The notes: generated by a model from the sequence alone, not told the origin. 64,000 nt of DNA from Mobula hypostoma (GCF_963921235.1 NC_086108.1:19282001-19346000); one strand, 5' to 3'. Shown: positions 24,901 to 39,669, counted from the first letter of the stretch. Numbers and translations are program-made.

Positions 24901-25689
24901 TCTTGGTTACCACATCTCCAGCACTCACTTTCATCCCTCTCTTCCCCGTTTGGTCCTCTCCTCTATTTTATCCCTGCTCCAGACACACACTTGCAGTACT
25001 ATTTCAGTGAGAAAATGCAAATTCCTGGAGTTCAGAAATGTGGACATTCTTATACAGAAAGGTGGCATGGTCTGGATGGTGAGTTCTTTGATGACGGATG
25101 TTGCCTTCTTGTGGCAGCACTACCAGTGGTGGGAAGGTATGTACATTAGGCAGAGTCCACTACTCTCTGCAGCTTCTAACACGCTTGCACATAAAAATTG
25201 CCATACCAGACCGTGATACAACAATTTAGGATAATTTCAACAGTACATCAGTAGAAGTTTGTTGGAATGTTTAGTGACAAGCCAAACCTCCTTAAAGACA
25301 CTGGTGTGCATTGCATATCTTTGCGTCTATGTACTGGGCCCAGGACAGGTTATTTGGTATGTTACTACACAGAAATTTAAAGCTACTGACTCTCTACAGA
25401 TTAGTTGGGGGTAATGTCCCCCTGTTGGGGTAAATGGGAGAATCCATGAGCAAAAAGCCCTGTTTCTGTGGCCTGCCTGTGACTCTAACTCTTGGAAGAG
25501 GCAAAGGACTAGAGTTGACCTTCTAGTCATCATTTCACTAATTCCTCCAGAAGATGCAAATGAAAAGCAGATTTTTGAAATCTCGGAGTGGAATTCTAAC
25601 TTCTACAGATATACTGCAAATACTCCCTTTCTCTGGGCTGAATGTCAGCAGCAAGTGGAAAGTTGAAGAATCATAGAAAGCAGACCCTT

Positions 25690-25950
25690 CAGGCAATTGG
25701 GTCCATGACAACCAACACAACTTATTTATACTAATTCTACACAAACTCTATTTTATTCTCTCTATATGCTCTCTATATTGAGGGCAGTTTATAATGGTCA
25801 ATCAACCTGCCAAACCATGCTTCTTTAGGATATAGGTATAAACTGGAGCACCTGGAGGAAACCCACACAGTCATGGGGAAACTTGCAAACTCCACACAGA
25901 TAGCATCTGAGGTCAGGATTTAACCCAGGCTGTTGGAGCTGTGAGAGTGT
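25690..25950 (-). mobile_element. V-SINE/HE1-like SINE
   Basis: GGAGCACCTGGAGGAAACCCACACAG..GCAAACTCCACACAGA is the reverse complement of the V-SINE core. Confidence 0.7.
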
Positions 25951-26199
25951 GTATCCCACCCTGAGCAGAAGAGCATGACGCTGCAAAGCTCTGTGATGGT
26001 GCTTTTAGGGATGGGAAAAGAGGAGTGTCCAGTTGCTCTAGTCATGACCAATAGGTGTGGGCAGCCTCCCAGTCATTCAAGCTGCATGTGAATCCATAAC
26101 AGCCTGCTACTCTTCCTGAAGCTCAACAATTTCCCAGCACACATCTGCTTTGGATCCTATAATGACCAAAGTTCAAAGCACATTTATTATCGAGGTATA

Positions 26200-26557
26200 T
26201 ATCCATGTTGAAAGGCCAAGACAGAGGAGATGTGGAAAGGATGTTTCCCATGGTGGGGGAGTCTCGGACAAGAAGGCACAGCCTCAGGGTAGAGAGGTAT
26301 CCATTTAAAACAGGGATGCAGAGAAATTTCTTTAGCCAGAGGGTGGTGAATTTGTGGAATTTATTACCACTGGCAACTGTGGAGGCAAGGTCATTGGGTG
26401 TATTTAAGGCAGAGCTTGGTGGTTTCTTGATTGGACATAGCATCAAAGGTTACAGGGAGAAGTGCCAAGAAGTGGGGCTGAGGAAGGGAAAATAAGGATC
26501 AACCATTACTGAATGGGCCAAGTGGCCTGATTCTGCTCCTATGTCTCATGGTCTTAT
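26200..26557 (+). mobile_element. CR1 3' fragment
   Basis: RNFFSQRVVNLWNLLP plus CR1 3' tail. Confidence 0.88.
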
Positions 26558-27051
26558 ACAATCTTGAGATTTGTCTCCTTACAGGCTGCTAACAATGAAA
26601 CCCAAAAAGAACCCTTTGAAAAAAAAGACTCAAACACCCAATGTGCAAAGAGAAAAAAATTGTGCAAACAATAAAAGAAAGCAAATTGCATTCAGAACTG
26701 AAGTGAGTCCACAGACACTAAGCCAGGCATTGCAGCTGGAGCCATAGCCGCTGCAGGCCACAGCCTCAGTTCAGCACAGAGCTGGGTAGATGTTGTGGAG
26801 CAGCGAGCAGAACCAGCCCATCCCTCGCCTTGAGTCAGGACACCCTGACATGTGCCAATCTGGACCAGCACTTAAATCATCCAAACATTTGGTCATTCCT
26901 CACTGTTGAACCTGGGCTCTGTCACTTCAATATGCTCTGGGGCCTGGATCCCGCGCCATGATTTGACCTGGCACTTAAATAGATCAAAACTCAGGCTTTC
27001 CTCATTCTCCAGGATGGGCCCAGGCTCCACCTTGACTCTGCTTCACTTCTC

Positions 27052-29511
27052 TTTCTTCTTCTTTATTAATGTTTTTATTGATTTAAAAAGAGCACATATA
27101 CAAACAAGAGGAGCATTATCTCAAATATATATATATCTCAATAACAATACAAACAGAAAGTGAAATAAACATTATCAAAATCATACATAGTATTAAGCTA
27201 ATATGTGGGTATATAATAAAAAAGACAGCCAATTCTCCTCTTATCAACTCATAGAGAGAGAAAAAAAACTTTAAATTTTTAAAATAAGAAAAAAACCCCA
27301 CTACACTATAAGAAAAAAGGAAGGAAAAAAAGGGACTGGGCAGTCCACTCTGAGGATATGACCAAAAAAAATGGAAAGACTTTCTGATCAAATCTAAGAC
27401 TTCGAAAAAATAATTGGAAGAGTAATAAATCAAGTTAAATGAAAATATTGAATAAAAGGTTGCCAGATTTGCTCAAATTTAAAGGATGTATCAAATGTCC
27501 GATTTCTTATTTTCTCTAAACTTAAACAGGACATAATGAAGGCAAGCCAATAAAAGACAGTAGGTGGATTAGAATCCTTCCACTTCAGTAAAATGGCTCC
27601 CCTAGCCAATAAAGCTGAAAAGGCTATCATATGTTGAGCAGAAACAGGAATATTTCCTGCTACTGATGGGATAATCCCAAAGATTGCCATAAGTAAATTA
27701 GGTCGTAGGTCCAGATCCAAGACTTTTGAAAGTGTTTTAAAAAAATCTCTCCAAAAATTAGCTTTATACAAGACCAAAACATATGAGTTGAAGTGGACAC
27801 ATCAATGTTACATCTGTCACAAATAGGATTGAAATTGGAAAAAATACGCGCTAGTTTATCCTTTGACATATGGGCCTGATGCACTACCTTGAACTGTATC
27901 AAGGAATGGCGGGTACAGATAGATGAGTTATTAACCAAATGAAAAACTTTACTCCATTGATTATCTGAAAATGACTCTTGAAATTCCAATTCCCAAGCAT
28001 ATTTAATTTTATCGTTAGATATCATTCGTAAATTCAATAACCGTTTATAAATTATAGCTATCAACCCTTTTTGAAGTGGTTTAAGCTGAAAGAGAGCATC
28101 TGTCATATTAGTTGGATAGGCAGAAGGGTAATTTGGCAGCAAACCACGTAAACATTTCTAATTTGTAAATATCTAAACAAGTGTACATTAGATCAATCAT
28201 ATTTATCCACTAACTGAGAAAAAGACATTAAACAATCCCCTAAAAATAAATCTGAAAAAGTTATTATTCCCTTGGTTTTCCAAATTAAAAAGGCCTTATC
28301 CAAAATTGATGGTTTAAAAAAATAATTGAAATGGATATTACTAGAAAGAACAAAATTTTTTAACTCAAAAGATCTATGAAACTGAAACCAAATTCTTAAT
28401 GTATGTTTAATAATAGGATTAAAGTCATGTCTACTAATCTTAGAAAACAAAAAGGGAAGAGGAGCTCCCAGTAAAGAGGCCAAAGAGAATCCCTTCACCG
28501 AGTTTTCCTCCAAATCCAACCGTGAAGGACATTCATGTACGTCTGAATAATGAATCTAGAAAGTAATACATCGAATATTAATTGCTCAATAATACATTCT
28601 AAAATTTGGCAAAGCCATACCACTGTCCTTTTTTAATTTCTGCAATAAGAGTTTACTCAATCTAAGATTTTTATTATTCCAAATATAAGATAAGATTATA
28701 GAATCTATTCTATCAAAAAACATTTTAAGAAACAAAGGTAGGAACTGCCTGAAATGTATACTGTATAAGAATTTCGGTAGAACTATCATTTTAATAGCAT
28801 TAATTTGACCTATTAATGATAATGTCATAGGTGACCATTTAGAAAGCATTTGTTGGGTGTAATCAATTAATGGGAGAAAATTATATTTATACAGGTCCTT
28901 AAAATTTTTACTTATCTTGGTATTAAAATTACTAAAGTAATTTTTAGCAATACTAAAAGGTACTTGATGATATTGATCTGAGTAATTATTAATGGGAAAT
29001 AACTCACTTTTATGTAAATTTAATTTATATCCAGAAAAACTACTGAATTCAGAAAATATAGATAACATAGAAGGAATAGATTTCCTAGGATCTGAAATAT
29101 AAACTAACAGGTCATCTGCATACAACGAAACCTTGTGTACTTTGTCCCCTCTCTTAATACCCTGAACAGTATTGGAATCTCTAAGAGCAATAGCAAGGGG
29201 TTCTAAAGCCAAGTTAAATAATAAAGGGCTAAGAGGATATCCCTGCCAAGTACCTCTGTATAATCTAAGGTAAGGAAATTTTTGATTATTAGTTATAACC
29301 GCAGCCGTAGGGCTTGATAGATCAATTTGATCCAGGAAATAAATCCCAGACCAAAATTAAATCTTTCCAAAACCTCAAATAAGTAAGACCACTCCACCCT
29401 ATCAAAGGCTTTCTCTGCATCAGAGAAACAACACATTCAGATTCTTTAGATGGAGAAGAGTGAATAATGTTTAATAATCTTCAAATTTTAAAATGTGAAT
29501 ATCTATTTTTA
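27052..29511 (-). mobile_element. 5'-truncated L1-clade LINE (ORF2 RT to CCHC)
   Basis: LEPLAIALR..VSLYADD..FSGYKLN and CDRC..THMFWSC. AT-rich, with 10-bp TSD TTCACTTCTC (27042-27051, 29512-29521). Confidence 0.92.
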
Positions 29512-31789
29512 TTCACTTCTCCACTATTTGCTGTGATCGTTTACCAGAAAAAGTGTTATTAAAAAAATACTTAGTTACTTTCTTTGTTTGGTTTTCCACT
29601 GATAAGTAATCGCTGGCCTTCACCAGCACCATCTTAAACTAGAAGCCCTAGACCCAAGAGTTGGTGCAGACCAGTTAGCTTCTGAATGCATAAACAGGTC
29701 CATAAACTTCAACATTCCACAAACATCAAGGTTAGCACAACCCCTCAAGACATTGTCAAAACTTTCAACTCTGAAGGCCTTTCACAATGCCACTCAACTA
29801 ACTGCAGGGAGATCAGCTTCCCAGTCTGATTTTTCTTGTCCAGACCCAATCCATAGCTCTTTCACCTTCAACAAGGTTTCATGGATACAGGAATCCAAAG
29901 TAAATTTCAAATCACCAACCTAAGCCCACTTAATAAGCAACTCGATTACCCTCTGCCCCCCACCTCCGTCAGTCTCCCTATCACTGCAGTAACCTCCCCA
30001 CAACTTTTGAGAAAACTACCTGAGCTTAAGGAGTTAAAAATTCTTCTGATCCCATCCCAGTAACTTAACCAGTAGGTATCAAAAAAGGAATGCAGCAGAA
30101 CAAGACTATAGACCTTTTAATTAATTAATATATATGCTGCAACATCTGAGGAAGGATTGATTTTCCAACCCATTCAGCATTGGCCCACCGTTGAATGATT
30201 GAGTTATGGAGCTGATTTAGTGAATCACACTCGAGTCACAACTCCTTAGAAATGAAGCACCTCTTGTTTGCATGCAGCAAGATCCAGGCAACATTCTGGC
30301 ATACCCACCAAGAGTCAATGGATTCTTAAGTTGTGAGCTAGCACTTGTATGTGCTTGCAGCTGTGTGGGATTAAGACCACATTGCTTCATTGTTAGAATG
30401 CTGGGGATGGAGGGAAGGGAAATAGGGGAATGGGGAATACAGCTCCAGTTTGTGATCCTTGACCAAGTAAGTTGCTCATTCCTGTTGCCAAGCCTCTGGC
30501 TCCACCTAGTGTTTAAAAATTGACATACAACAGCCTTGTCCTATACATTACAGTATTCAGATGATCCTTGGCTGAGAATAAGATATAGGTGCAGAATTAG
30601 CCATTCAGACTACGCTCCACCATTTGATCATGTTGATTCATTTTCCCCCTCAACCCCATTCTCCTGCCTTCTCCCCATAACCTTTGACTCGCTTACTAAT
30701 TATCTATCAACCTCCATTTTACATGAGTACACCCAGTGACTTGGCCTCGGTCATAGGAATGCAAAGAGCAAGCACCATCATCGGTCACTGGCTAATTGTG
30801 TGAACCTCCAGTAATATAACAAAAAAAAAGATGCACACACTATTTCCATAACCGGAACAATCCTGGAACTTTGCAGTTGAGACCTTGGTATCACAAATGC
30901 AATTTGGAGATTTTAAATCATTTCAGCACTTCCCAGGATAGTTCAGTAAGAATGTAGAAGGCTAATTGGATCCAACATAAAAAACAGGAGAATGCTGGAT
31001 GCAGGATCTTCAATAGATCTCAAGCAGGCTCCAGATTCAGCATGGGCTGAAAGGGCTCGAAAACAGCAGACTGGATACCTGTAGATCATAGAGACTCCAA
31101 ACTTTTCCAGTGGTGCAATTAGATAGACACTTCCACAATGAGTGTACAGTTTATCTTTGTAGGTAACACATGGCTAAAGTACACAAAGAGCAGAAGTGCA
31201 TTGTGGGAGGCACCAGACTGAAACCAACCCCTTAGAATCCTTAAGTTTACTTGCAGAATTTACTTTGCTAAGTTTGGAAAGCTGCCTGTTGTTTGAACTG
31301 TCTTTTGCACTCAGATGTTAGCTTCCTGGGTTATTGGGAGGCCAGTAGAGAGAACTCAGGTCTTCCTGGGGGCAGGCTCATCCTCCCCATTAGTTAAACA
31401 AAGAAACTGGTTGCACAATGCCCTGGAGAATTGTAGATTTGACTTAGTAATTGTGCTGTTTTTAAACCAATAATTGCATGTCAAAAGTGATGTGGAGAAT
31501 ACAATTACACACAACAAAGTAAGTTGGTTCACTTCCTTCAGTTGGGAGACTTGTCACAGAGGTGGCAGGGCAACATAACCTTAGAGCCAACCTGATCACA
31601 CAGAGATCAGGGTTGAGAAATTCAATCACATATGAAAGGGGATGATTAGGAGAAATGGGTGCCTGATCGTTAGTGTGGTCTCAGTAGGCTGAAGATTCTG
31701 CTTCCATACAGTCTCTCTATGACTCAAATTTTCTACCTGCTGCTGATCCCGGTCCAGCTGAGGGAATGTTGTCTGCAGTTTTTGGGGAA

Positions 31790-33900
31790 AGGGGTTAAAA
31801 TGGAGATGAGGAAAATGAGCCTTTATCCTAAAATCATGCCCCCACAAAGGATTGAAATTCTCTAACTAGAGGAAACATCCTCTCATAATCTACCTTAACA
31901 AATTCCACCCCTGAGAATCTTAAATGTTTCAATATGATCTCTCAATCTTCTAAACTGACTCGACCCAATCTGTTCAATCTTTCCTCACAAGATGACACTT
32001 TCAATCCACAAATCAGTCTGCAGAAGCTCCTCTGAGCCACTTCGAATGCTAGCACATTCCTGCTTAAATAATGCTCCCAAAATTAATGGCAGTATTCCAA
32101 TGTGGTCACCCAATAGTTGCTGCAAGATCACTACATTTGTCATCCTTCCCTTTTGAAATAAAAACCAATGTTCCATCTACCTCTCTAATTTCTTGGTACA
32201 ACCACATGCTAGCTCTCTGTGTTTCAAGTGTGATGACACCAAATCACTGCACAGCAACATTCTGTCATCTTTGTGCACTTAAACAATACTTGGTTCCTCT
32301 CTTCTTCCTACTAAAGTGGATAATGTCACATTTCCCACCTTGTGCTTTATTAGCCAAATATCCATTCATTTAATCTCTCCACATCCCTTTGCAGACTCTA
32401 TGCATTGTCCTCTAACTTCCTTTCCCAGCTGTCTTGGAATTGCCAGAAAATTTGGGTGCAATATGCTTGGTCCTTTCCTCTAATTTGTTAAATATTTGGT
32501 TACAATTAATGAGCTGATCAGAGGTGAAGAGGGTCAGTAACTTTAAATTCCTTTGTGTTACCATATGAGAGGATCTGTCCTGGGACCAGCACACAAGTGT
32601 GGTCACAAAGATGGCATGACTGCTATTCTACTTTCTCAGAAATTTGCATAGAATCAGCATGTCATCTAAAACTTCGACAAACTCTTATACATGCACAATG
32701 AAGGGTACCCCAACTGGTTGCATCACAGCCTGCCATGGAAACACCAATGCCAGGAATGGAAAAGCCTACAAAGTGGTGGATACAGCCCTGTCCATCACAA
32801 GCACTGAGCATTGCCACAAGAAAACAGTACCCATCATCAAGGACCCCCATGATCCACACTATGTTCTCTTCTTGCTACTAGTATTGGGCAGGAGCTACAG
32901 GAGTCTTAGGTCACACACCACCAGGTTCATAAATATTTATTATCCTTCAATGATCAGATCCTGAACTAACGTGGATAACTTCAAACAGGTCAGTGCTGAA
33001 CTGACTCCAGACTTATAGGGCTCATGCTCAAGAACTCTACAACTTGTCCTCAGTATTATTTATTTATTTATTTATTTTATTAATTGTATCGTTTGGCTTC
33101 TCTGGCACGTTGATTGCCAGTCTTAGTTATTTATAGTTTTTCATAAATTTCTTGTAAATGTCTGCAAGAAAATGAATCTCAAGGTAGGATATGATGACAT
33201 ATACAGTACATACTTCAACAATAAATTTACTTTGACTCTAACATGACCTATAGTTCATTCTAGATTCCGTTAGCCAACCAGTTCATGCTGCTACATTATC
33301 CTCGTGCTAAGAGTACTTGTCTTGTGCTGTAGTCTTTCATGTGACATTACCTAAATGACTTTAGGAGAGCCAAACACATGACATCTACTTGTGCCCCTTT
33401 ATCCACCCTGCTGATTAAATCCTGGAAGAACTCCAATAAATTTGTCAAACACATAGTTCCTTTTTAGAAAACCAAGTCAGCTTTATTAATTGGATTACGA
33501 TTTTTTAATATCCTGCTTCCACTTCCTCAGTGATAGATCCCAGCATTTTCCCAATGAGAAATACTAAGCTAAATGACCTGTCTCCCTCTTTCCTTAACCA
33601 GGGATATTTGCAGTTTTCTATTGTATAGGCACCATTACAGAATCTGGAAAATATTGGAAGATTACAAACAATGTATTTGTCATCTCAAAGGCAACTTCTT
33701 CTGAGATGTTAGGATACAGGCTATCAGTTGCATGGGATGTCTGCCTATAGCCCCAGTCATTCCCTTGGTACTTCCTCTCTGGTGTTAGTGATTGCTTTAA
33801 ATCCACCCCTTTCACTCCCAGATGTTTTACAACTATGAAGATTCTTTTACTCTGTACAAATAAGCTATTTCTTCAAAGCCTCAACCCATTGTTCATTAAC
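31790..33900 (-). mobile_element. Old CR1 remnant, interrupted by a Rex1 copy
   Basis: Recognisable but heavily mutated CR1 RT and 3' sequence on both sides of 32510-33240. Confidence 0.6.
32510..33238 (+). mobile_element. Rex1/Babar 3' fragment
   Basis: TGCITACHGN..IIKDPHDPHYVLFLLL..GRSYRSLRSHTTRF and AATAAATTTACTTTGA tail. Confidence 0.82.
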
Positions 33901-34836
33901 TCCACAACCTGCAGAGTCCCCGTATTGGCAACTTAATCTTCTTTCTCCTGCTTTCTAAACACAGTTGGCTCTAAAACACACCCAATTTGCCAGTGCGCTA
34001 TTAATCTTCACCGCATTACAGTAGCTGTCTTTCCAGTCAATATTTTTGATCTATTCTGCAGTTTAGAACTTTTCATTCTGTTTCTGAAATAACATTCACA
34101 CTTGTAAAGAGGCATGACTTTATGATCACTGTGACTGAGTCTGATTAAAATAAATCTTGAAATCCTGATTTTCTCTCACTGGGAAAGAATATAGCTTGGA
34201 ACTTCAGGATCAAAGATAGCAAATCTTTCATCTGTCCACACCCTTAGTGATTTCACTATTCAAAATACTCAAGATGGCTCAAGTTTTAAGCTGCAGCAGA
34301 CCATGTACAATGCATTCTGAGAGGTGCCTCTGTGGGTAGCCAGCAAATGTTAACCTTCTAAAAGATATAGCAAGCAGGAACTTGTATTTATAATCACAAG
34401 AGGCCAGTATGGGGATGATACTAGCTCTGCATTACTGGATAAAGTGCTGGCACAAAGCAGCACAAAGTAAGAACTTGATCAAATTTGTCTGTGCTGTTTT
34501 ACCCTGTATCTTCAAATATTCAAAAACAAATGCAATATTGCTCACAGACTTAGTTCTGCACACTCGACATTCATATATTGCTCCATAGGTTCAACATTTA
34601 GTTGAAACATTTGTTGGCAGCACAGATGCCTGTCTAGGCATCTTCCCAGGGGATTGGCCTGAAACGTTGACTGTCCACTTTCCATCATAAAAGCTGGTAA
34701 CCTGGGCTCCCCAGCAACACAATGGCAGGTCATTGGTTCATGATCACTGACTTCAATTCTACTGGACATCTTCCCTCCACAGCCTCCATCCTCAATGTCA
34801 CTCAATCAAATCACAAACAAGAGAAAATCTGCAGAT

Positions 34837-34962
34837 CAAAGTTGCTGGTGAAGGCAGCAGGCCAGGCAGCATCTGCCTGGCCTGCTGCATTCACCAGCAA
34901 CTTTGATGGGTGTTGCTTGAATTTTCAGCATCTGCAGAATTCCTGTTGTTTGTGTTTTTAAA
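34837..34962. mobile_element. Very short Penelope-derived fold-back insertion
   Basis: About 35-bp inverted arms around a CAT loop, plus the terminal tail. TSD AAAATCTGCAGAT (34824-34836, 34963-34975). Confidence 0.85.
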
Positions 34963-35598
34963 AAAATCTGCAGATGCTTGAAATCCAAGCAACACATACA
35001 AAATGCTGGAGGTACTCAGCAGGCCAGGCAGTATCTATGGAAAAAAGCAGAGTTGATGTTTTGGGCCGAAACCCTTCGGCAGGACTGGAGAGAAAAAGCT
35101 GAGGAGTAGATTGGAAAGGTGGGGGAGGGGAGAGAGAAACACCAGGCAACAGGTGAAACTTGGAGTGGGGGGGAGCTGGGAAGTTGATTGGTGAAAGAGA
35201 CAGAAGGTCACCCAACATAGACCACTTCGCCAAGCATCTACATTCTGTCCACCAGAACAAACAGGATATCCCAGTGGCCATCCATTTTAATTCCCCTTCC
35301 CATTCCCATATGTCCTCCACTGTTGGAATAAGGCCATACTTAGGTTGGAGGAACAACATTTTACATTTCATTTGGGTAGCCTCCAACATGGTGGCATGAA
35401 CATCAATTTCTCAGACTTCCAGTAATGCCTCCCCACCATTTCCCATCTCCTTTTCCTTCTCTCATGTTATCTCCTTGCCTGCCCATTGCCTCTGGTGCTC
35501 TTCACCCCTCCCTTTTTTCTTTCTTCCATATCCTTCTGTCTCTTTCACCAATTAACTTCCTAGCACTTTGCCTCATCCCTCTCCCTCCAAGTTTCACC

Positions 35599-36473
35599 TG
35601 TTACGTACCCCGTAACTGGGTTGCCAAACCAGCAGAAATGGATCACTCAGTTGGAGTCTGGATTACTAAATCTAAGAAAGTTTTATTAAAGAAACAAACA
35701 ACACAGTAATCGAAAGGACAATAAATGCAACAGTTCAGCAATGATAAACACACATGTGCACAGAATTAAGATAACAGGATCAATCAAGCTCTATCGTTGT
35801 CTAGGGGTAAATGACCAATTTCAGAGTGACACAAAGTCCAGTTCAATTTAGTTCAGTTCGCAGTAATCGTTGCCATAGCGATGGACAATGTGGGGGGAAG
35901 GAGAGAGAGAGAGAGAACAAGAATGACTGATCATTCAAAACGGCTTCCACACACAGACCTGCGATATTGCTCACAAGCAGCTTTCAGGCGAGTCCTTTGT
36001 GATGTCACCTGAGGTCACCGACTGTGACCCCTCCTCCAGATGCGGTCGATCCTCTGCAGTGAACCTGGCACCCAAGCAAGGGCGGACACACACCGGGTTC
36101 CCGCCGATCGTACCTTTCCACCCTGTGCGTCTAAGGCTTGGTTCCGCAACCAGCCTTCCAAACGACTCCTGCCGACTTGCGGGGGGGGGGGGCACCGCTT
36201 CCAGGGTCTCGTTACCTCATGGTGTCGTGTGTGTCCTGCCTTAGCGAACCTGTCCCTTTTTATCCCCCTGCTGGGGTATCGCCTGTCCATCACTTCAAAC
36301 AGTTCAGGGTTCAAAGGGGGAGCCGCTCTAGACAGCTGTCTCTCCCGTCCCTTCATTACTCATCTCCAAATACTGCTCGATTGTCTTCCTTATCTCTCTC
36401 TCTCCCGAAGACAGGTGGCAGACCAACTGCTGATCACACAGGACAGCTAACATCTATGTATATTCTTGTCACA
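35599..36473 (-). mobile_element. Solo LTR (875 bp, probably Gypsy/Ty3)
   Basis: TGTTAC...GTCACA termini, 4-bp TSD CACC, TTTATT near the left end, CpG-rich. Confidence 0.85.
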
Positions 36474-36835
36474 CACCTATCACCTGGTGTTTCTCTCTCC
36501 CCTCCCCCACCTTCTAAATCTACTCCTCAGCTTTTTTTCTCCAGTGCGCCCAAGTGTTTCAGCCCAAAACATCAACTGTGCTTTTTTCTATAGATGCTGT
36601 CTGGCCTGCTGAGTTCCTCCAGCATTGTGTGTGTGTCATTCAATCAAACATAGATCACTTCAACCTCCTCCCTAAGATCCACAGCAGACCCAAACCAGTC
36701 AACCCACTGATCTAGCCTGTTCTCTTCCACAGAATTCGCTTCATCCTTGGTTGACTTTCCTTGCTCAGTGTCTTCCCACCTACAAATCGATGTTTCATGC
36801 CAATAACCTTTCATCCAATCTTGATGCCAAATTCA

Positions 36836-37945
36836 ATGAATGGTGGTGGAGGCGGATATGATAGGGTCTTTTAAGAGACTTCTGGATAGGCACATGGAGC
36901 TTAGAAAAATAGAGGGCTATGGGTAAGCCTAGTAATTTCTAAGGTAGAACATGTTTGGCACAACTTTGTGGGCCAAAGGGCCTGTATTGTGCTGTAGGCT
37001 TTCTATATTTCTATGTATTATCAAAGTATATATACTGTATGTACCCATATTGGCGGCAGTGTTAGAGGTGAGGAGGATGCAGGGTGACTCGGATAGGTTA
37101 GGTGAGTGGGCAAATTCATGGCAGATGCAATTTAATGTGGGTAAATGTGAGCTTATCCACTTTGGTGGCAAGAACAGGAAAACAGATTATTATCTGAATG
37201 GTGGCTGATTAGGAAAAGGGGAGGTGCAACGAGACCTGGGTGTCATTGTACACCAGTCATTGAAAGTGGGTATGCAGGTACAGCAGGCGTGAAAAAGGCG
37301 AATGGTATATTGGCATTCATAGCAAGAGGATTCAAGTACAGGAGCAGGGAGGTTCTACTGCAGTTGTACAAGGCCTTGGTGAGACCACACCTGGAGTATT
37401 GTTTGCAGTTTTGGTCCCCTAATCTGAGGAAAGACATTCTTCCCATAGAGGGAGTACAAAGAAGATTCACCAGATTGATTCCTGGGATGGCAGGACTTTC
37501 ATATGAAGAAAGACTGGATTGACTAGGCTTATACTCACTGGAATTTAGAAGATTGAGGGGGGATCCTATTGAAACGAATAAAATTCTAAAGGGATTGGAC
37601 AGGCTAGATGCAGGAAGATTGTTCCCAATGTTGGGGAAGTCCAAAACAAGGGGTCACAATTTAAGGATAAAGGGGAAGCCTTTTAGGACCGAGATGAGGA
37701 AAAACTTCACACAGAGAGTGGTGAATCTGTGGAATTCTCTGCCACAGGAAACAGTTGAGGCCAGTTCATTGGCTATATTTAAGAGGGAGTTAGATATGGC
37801 CCTTGTGACTAAAGGGATCGGGAGCATGGAGAGAAGGCAGGTACAGGGTTCTGAGTTGGATGATCAGCCATGATCATATTGAATGGCGGTGCAGGCTTGA
37901 AGGGCCAAATGGCCTACTCCTGCACCTATTTTCTATGTTTCTATA
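36836..37945 (+). mobile_element. Two CR1 3' fragments (about 36836-37017 and 37052-37945)
   Basis: RPHLEYCLQFWSP and FTQRVVNLWNSLP, with (TTCTATGT)-type tails. The second copy is the same family as 55042-56280. Confidence 0.9.
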
Positions 37946-38540
37946 TAAAATCCTGGGATTTCTTTCCCTGTGGGCATACAAAGTAAATCCAAGAAACACA
38001 ATAAAATCTATGTATGACCACAACCAACAGTATGGACAAACAACCAATGTGCATATACAAAAATAATAATAATAAAGAAATAAATATTGAGCACATGAGA
38101 TGGACGATGTAGGAACATTTCAGTGATGGGGCAAGTGAAGTTGAATGAAGTTATCCCTTTTGGTTCAAGAGCCTGATGGTTGAGGGTAATAACTGTTCAC
38201 AAACCTGGTGGTGAGGGTCCAGAGGCTCACGTAGCTTCTTTGTGATGACAACAGTGAGAAGAAAGTATGTCCTGGGTAGTGGGGTTCCTTGATGATGGAT
38301 GCTACTTTCCTGCAACAATGCTTCATGCAGATGTGCTTAATAGTGGGGAGGGCTTTACCTGTGATGGACACAGCCATATCACTACTTTTTGTAGGATTTT
38401 CCATTCAAGGACATTGGTGTTTCCATATCAGGCTGTGATGTAACCGGTTAATATACTCACCAACACACATCTATAGAAGTTTGTCAAAGTTTAAGATGTC
38501 ATGTCAAATCTTCGCAAACCAAGAAGGAAGTGGAGGGGAC
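37946..38540 (-). mobile_element. Rex1/Babar 3' fragment
   Basis: SIIKEPHYPGHTFFSLLSS..TTRFVNSYYP. Confidence 0.78.
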
Positions 38541-39669
38541 GGCTGTGCTTTCTCGATCTTCCACTCCATCTCAGGGCAGTACTGCTGTTGTATTGGATTT
38601 AGGCCTCTAACTGAGAGAGACTGAATATCCTTTCCCTGACACCACGTGCCTCTCTCTGACCAGGGCCTGAACACATTGGCCCCAGCAAGGACATCAGGTA
38701 TTTCCCCATCTGCCCAATCACCTCCCCTCACCTGGATTCACCTATCACCTGACAACTCCTGCCTCACCCCTCCCCCATCTTTTTATACTGGATATCCCAC
38801 CTCTTAGTTCTTCAATCCATATGAAGGGCCTCAATTTAAAATATCAGCTGTCCATTTCTCTCCATAGATGCTGTCTGACCTGTTGAGTTCTATCTTTATG
38901 CCTGTTGCTTCAGATTCCAGCAGCAACAGTCTCTCAAGTGTCTGTTGTATAAAGTCTATTCAACGCATGAAAACTTTGAACAAGTTTTCCTCTTCTCTTT
39001 GACGAGAGTTATGTGAGACCCTCTCTCACCATTCCCTCTCCGTGATGTCTGCAGCTATCCTGCTCTTTGACCACATGTTTGCCCAGACTCACTACCACAG
39101 CCATGTATCCTTCCTGGGCACCTGTCTCCTCCATCATCTTCTCCCACATCACTTTCATTTCCAGCTTCTAGCAAGCAGCCAATCTGCCTACCAAACCCTC
39201 ACCTATTTGCTTCCCAGCTCTTGCCTCCATCTCCCCTCTACCTTTCAGTAGATGAAGGGTCTTGACCCAGAAGGTTGACTGTGCATTTTCCTCCATAAAT
39301 GCTGCATGACTTGCTGACTTGGGGGGCCCTTCCTAACATAATGTCAGATCATTGTTTCATGGTCACTGACCTCATCTCCATTGGAGACCTTCCTACCACA
39401 GCTCACCTTGACATTCTCGCTAAGATCTACAGCAGAGCCATCCTAGTCCACTCACTGATTCAGCCTGTTCTCTTTCACAGAGCTCACTTCTTCCTTGCTC
39501 ACTGCCTTCCCACCTACAACATCAAAACCATCTCCTCTACCATGTTACCAATTTCCAGTCTCCTGTCCTCAACTGGTTTACTTTCACCACAGATATCATC
39601 TTCCATCTGCCATCACTGTGGTTTGACCTTTGCCCTCTGCCCCCTGGCCAAATGCATTTCCATACGTTT

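Larger units (their letters stand above)
34811..36633. mobile_element. Inverted (fold-back) Penelope-like insertion of a second family, hosting two younger insertions
   Basis: Minus arm about 34811-35205. Plus arm about 35210-36633 with GIY-YIG relic HFAKHLHSVHQ..HFNSPSHSH. TSD TGTCA(C/T)TCAATCAAA (34796-34810, 36634-36648). Confidence 0.8.

Noticed and set aside
35971..36593. Overlapping ORFs in the 875-bp element
   Set aside because: GC-rich LTR sequence with no protein motif.
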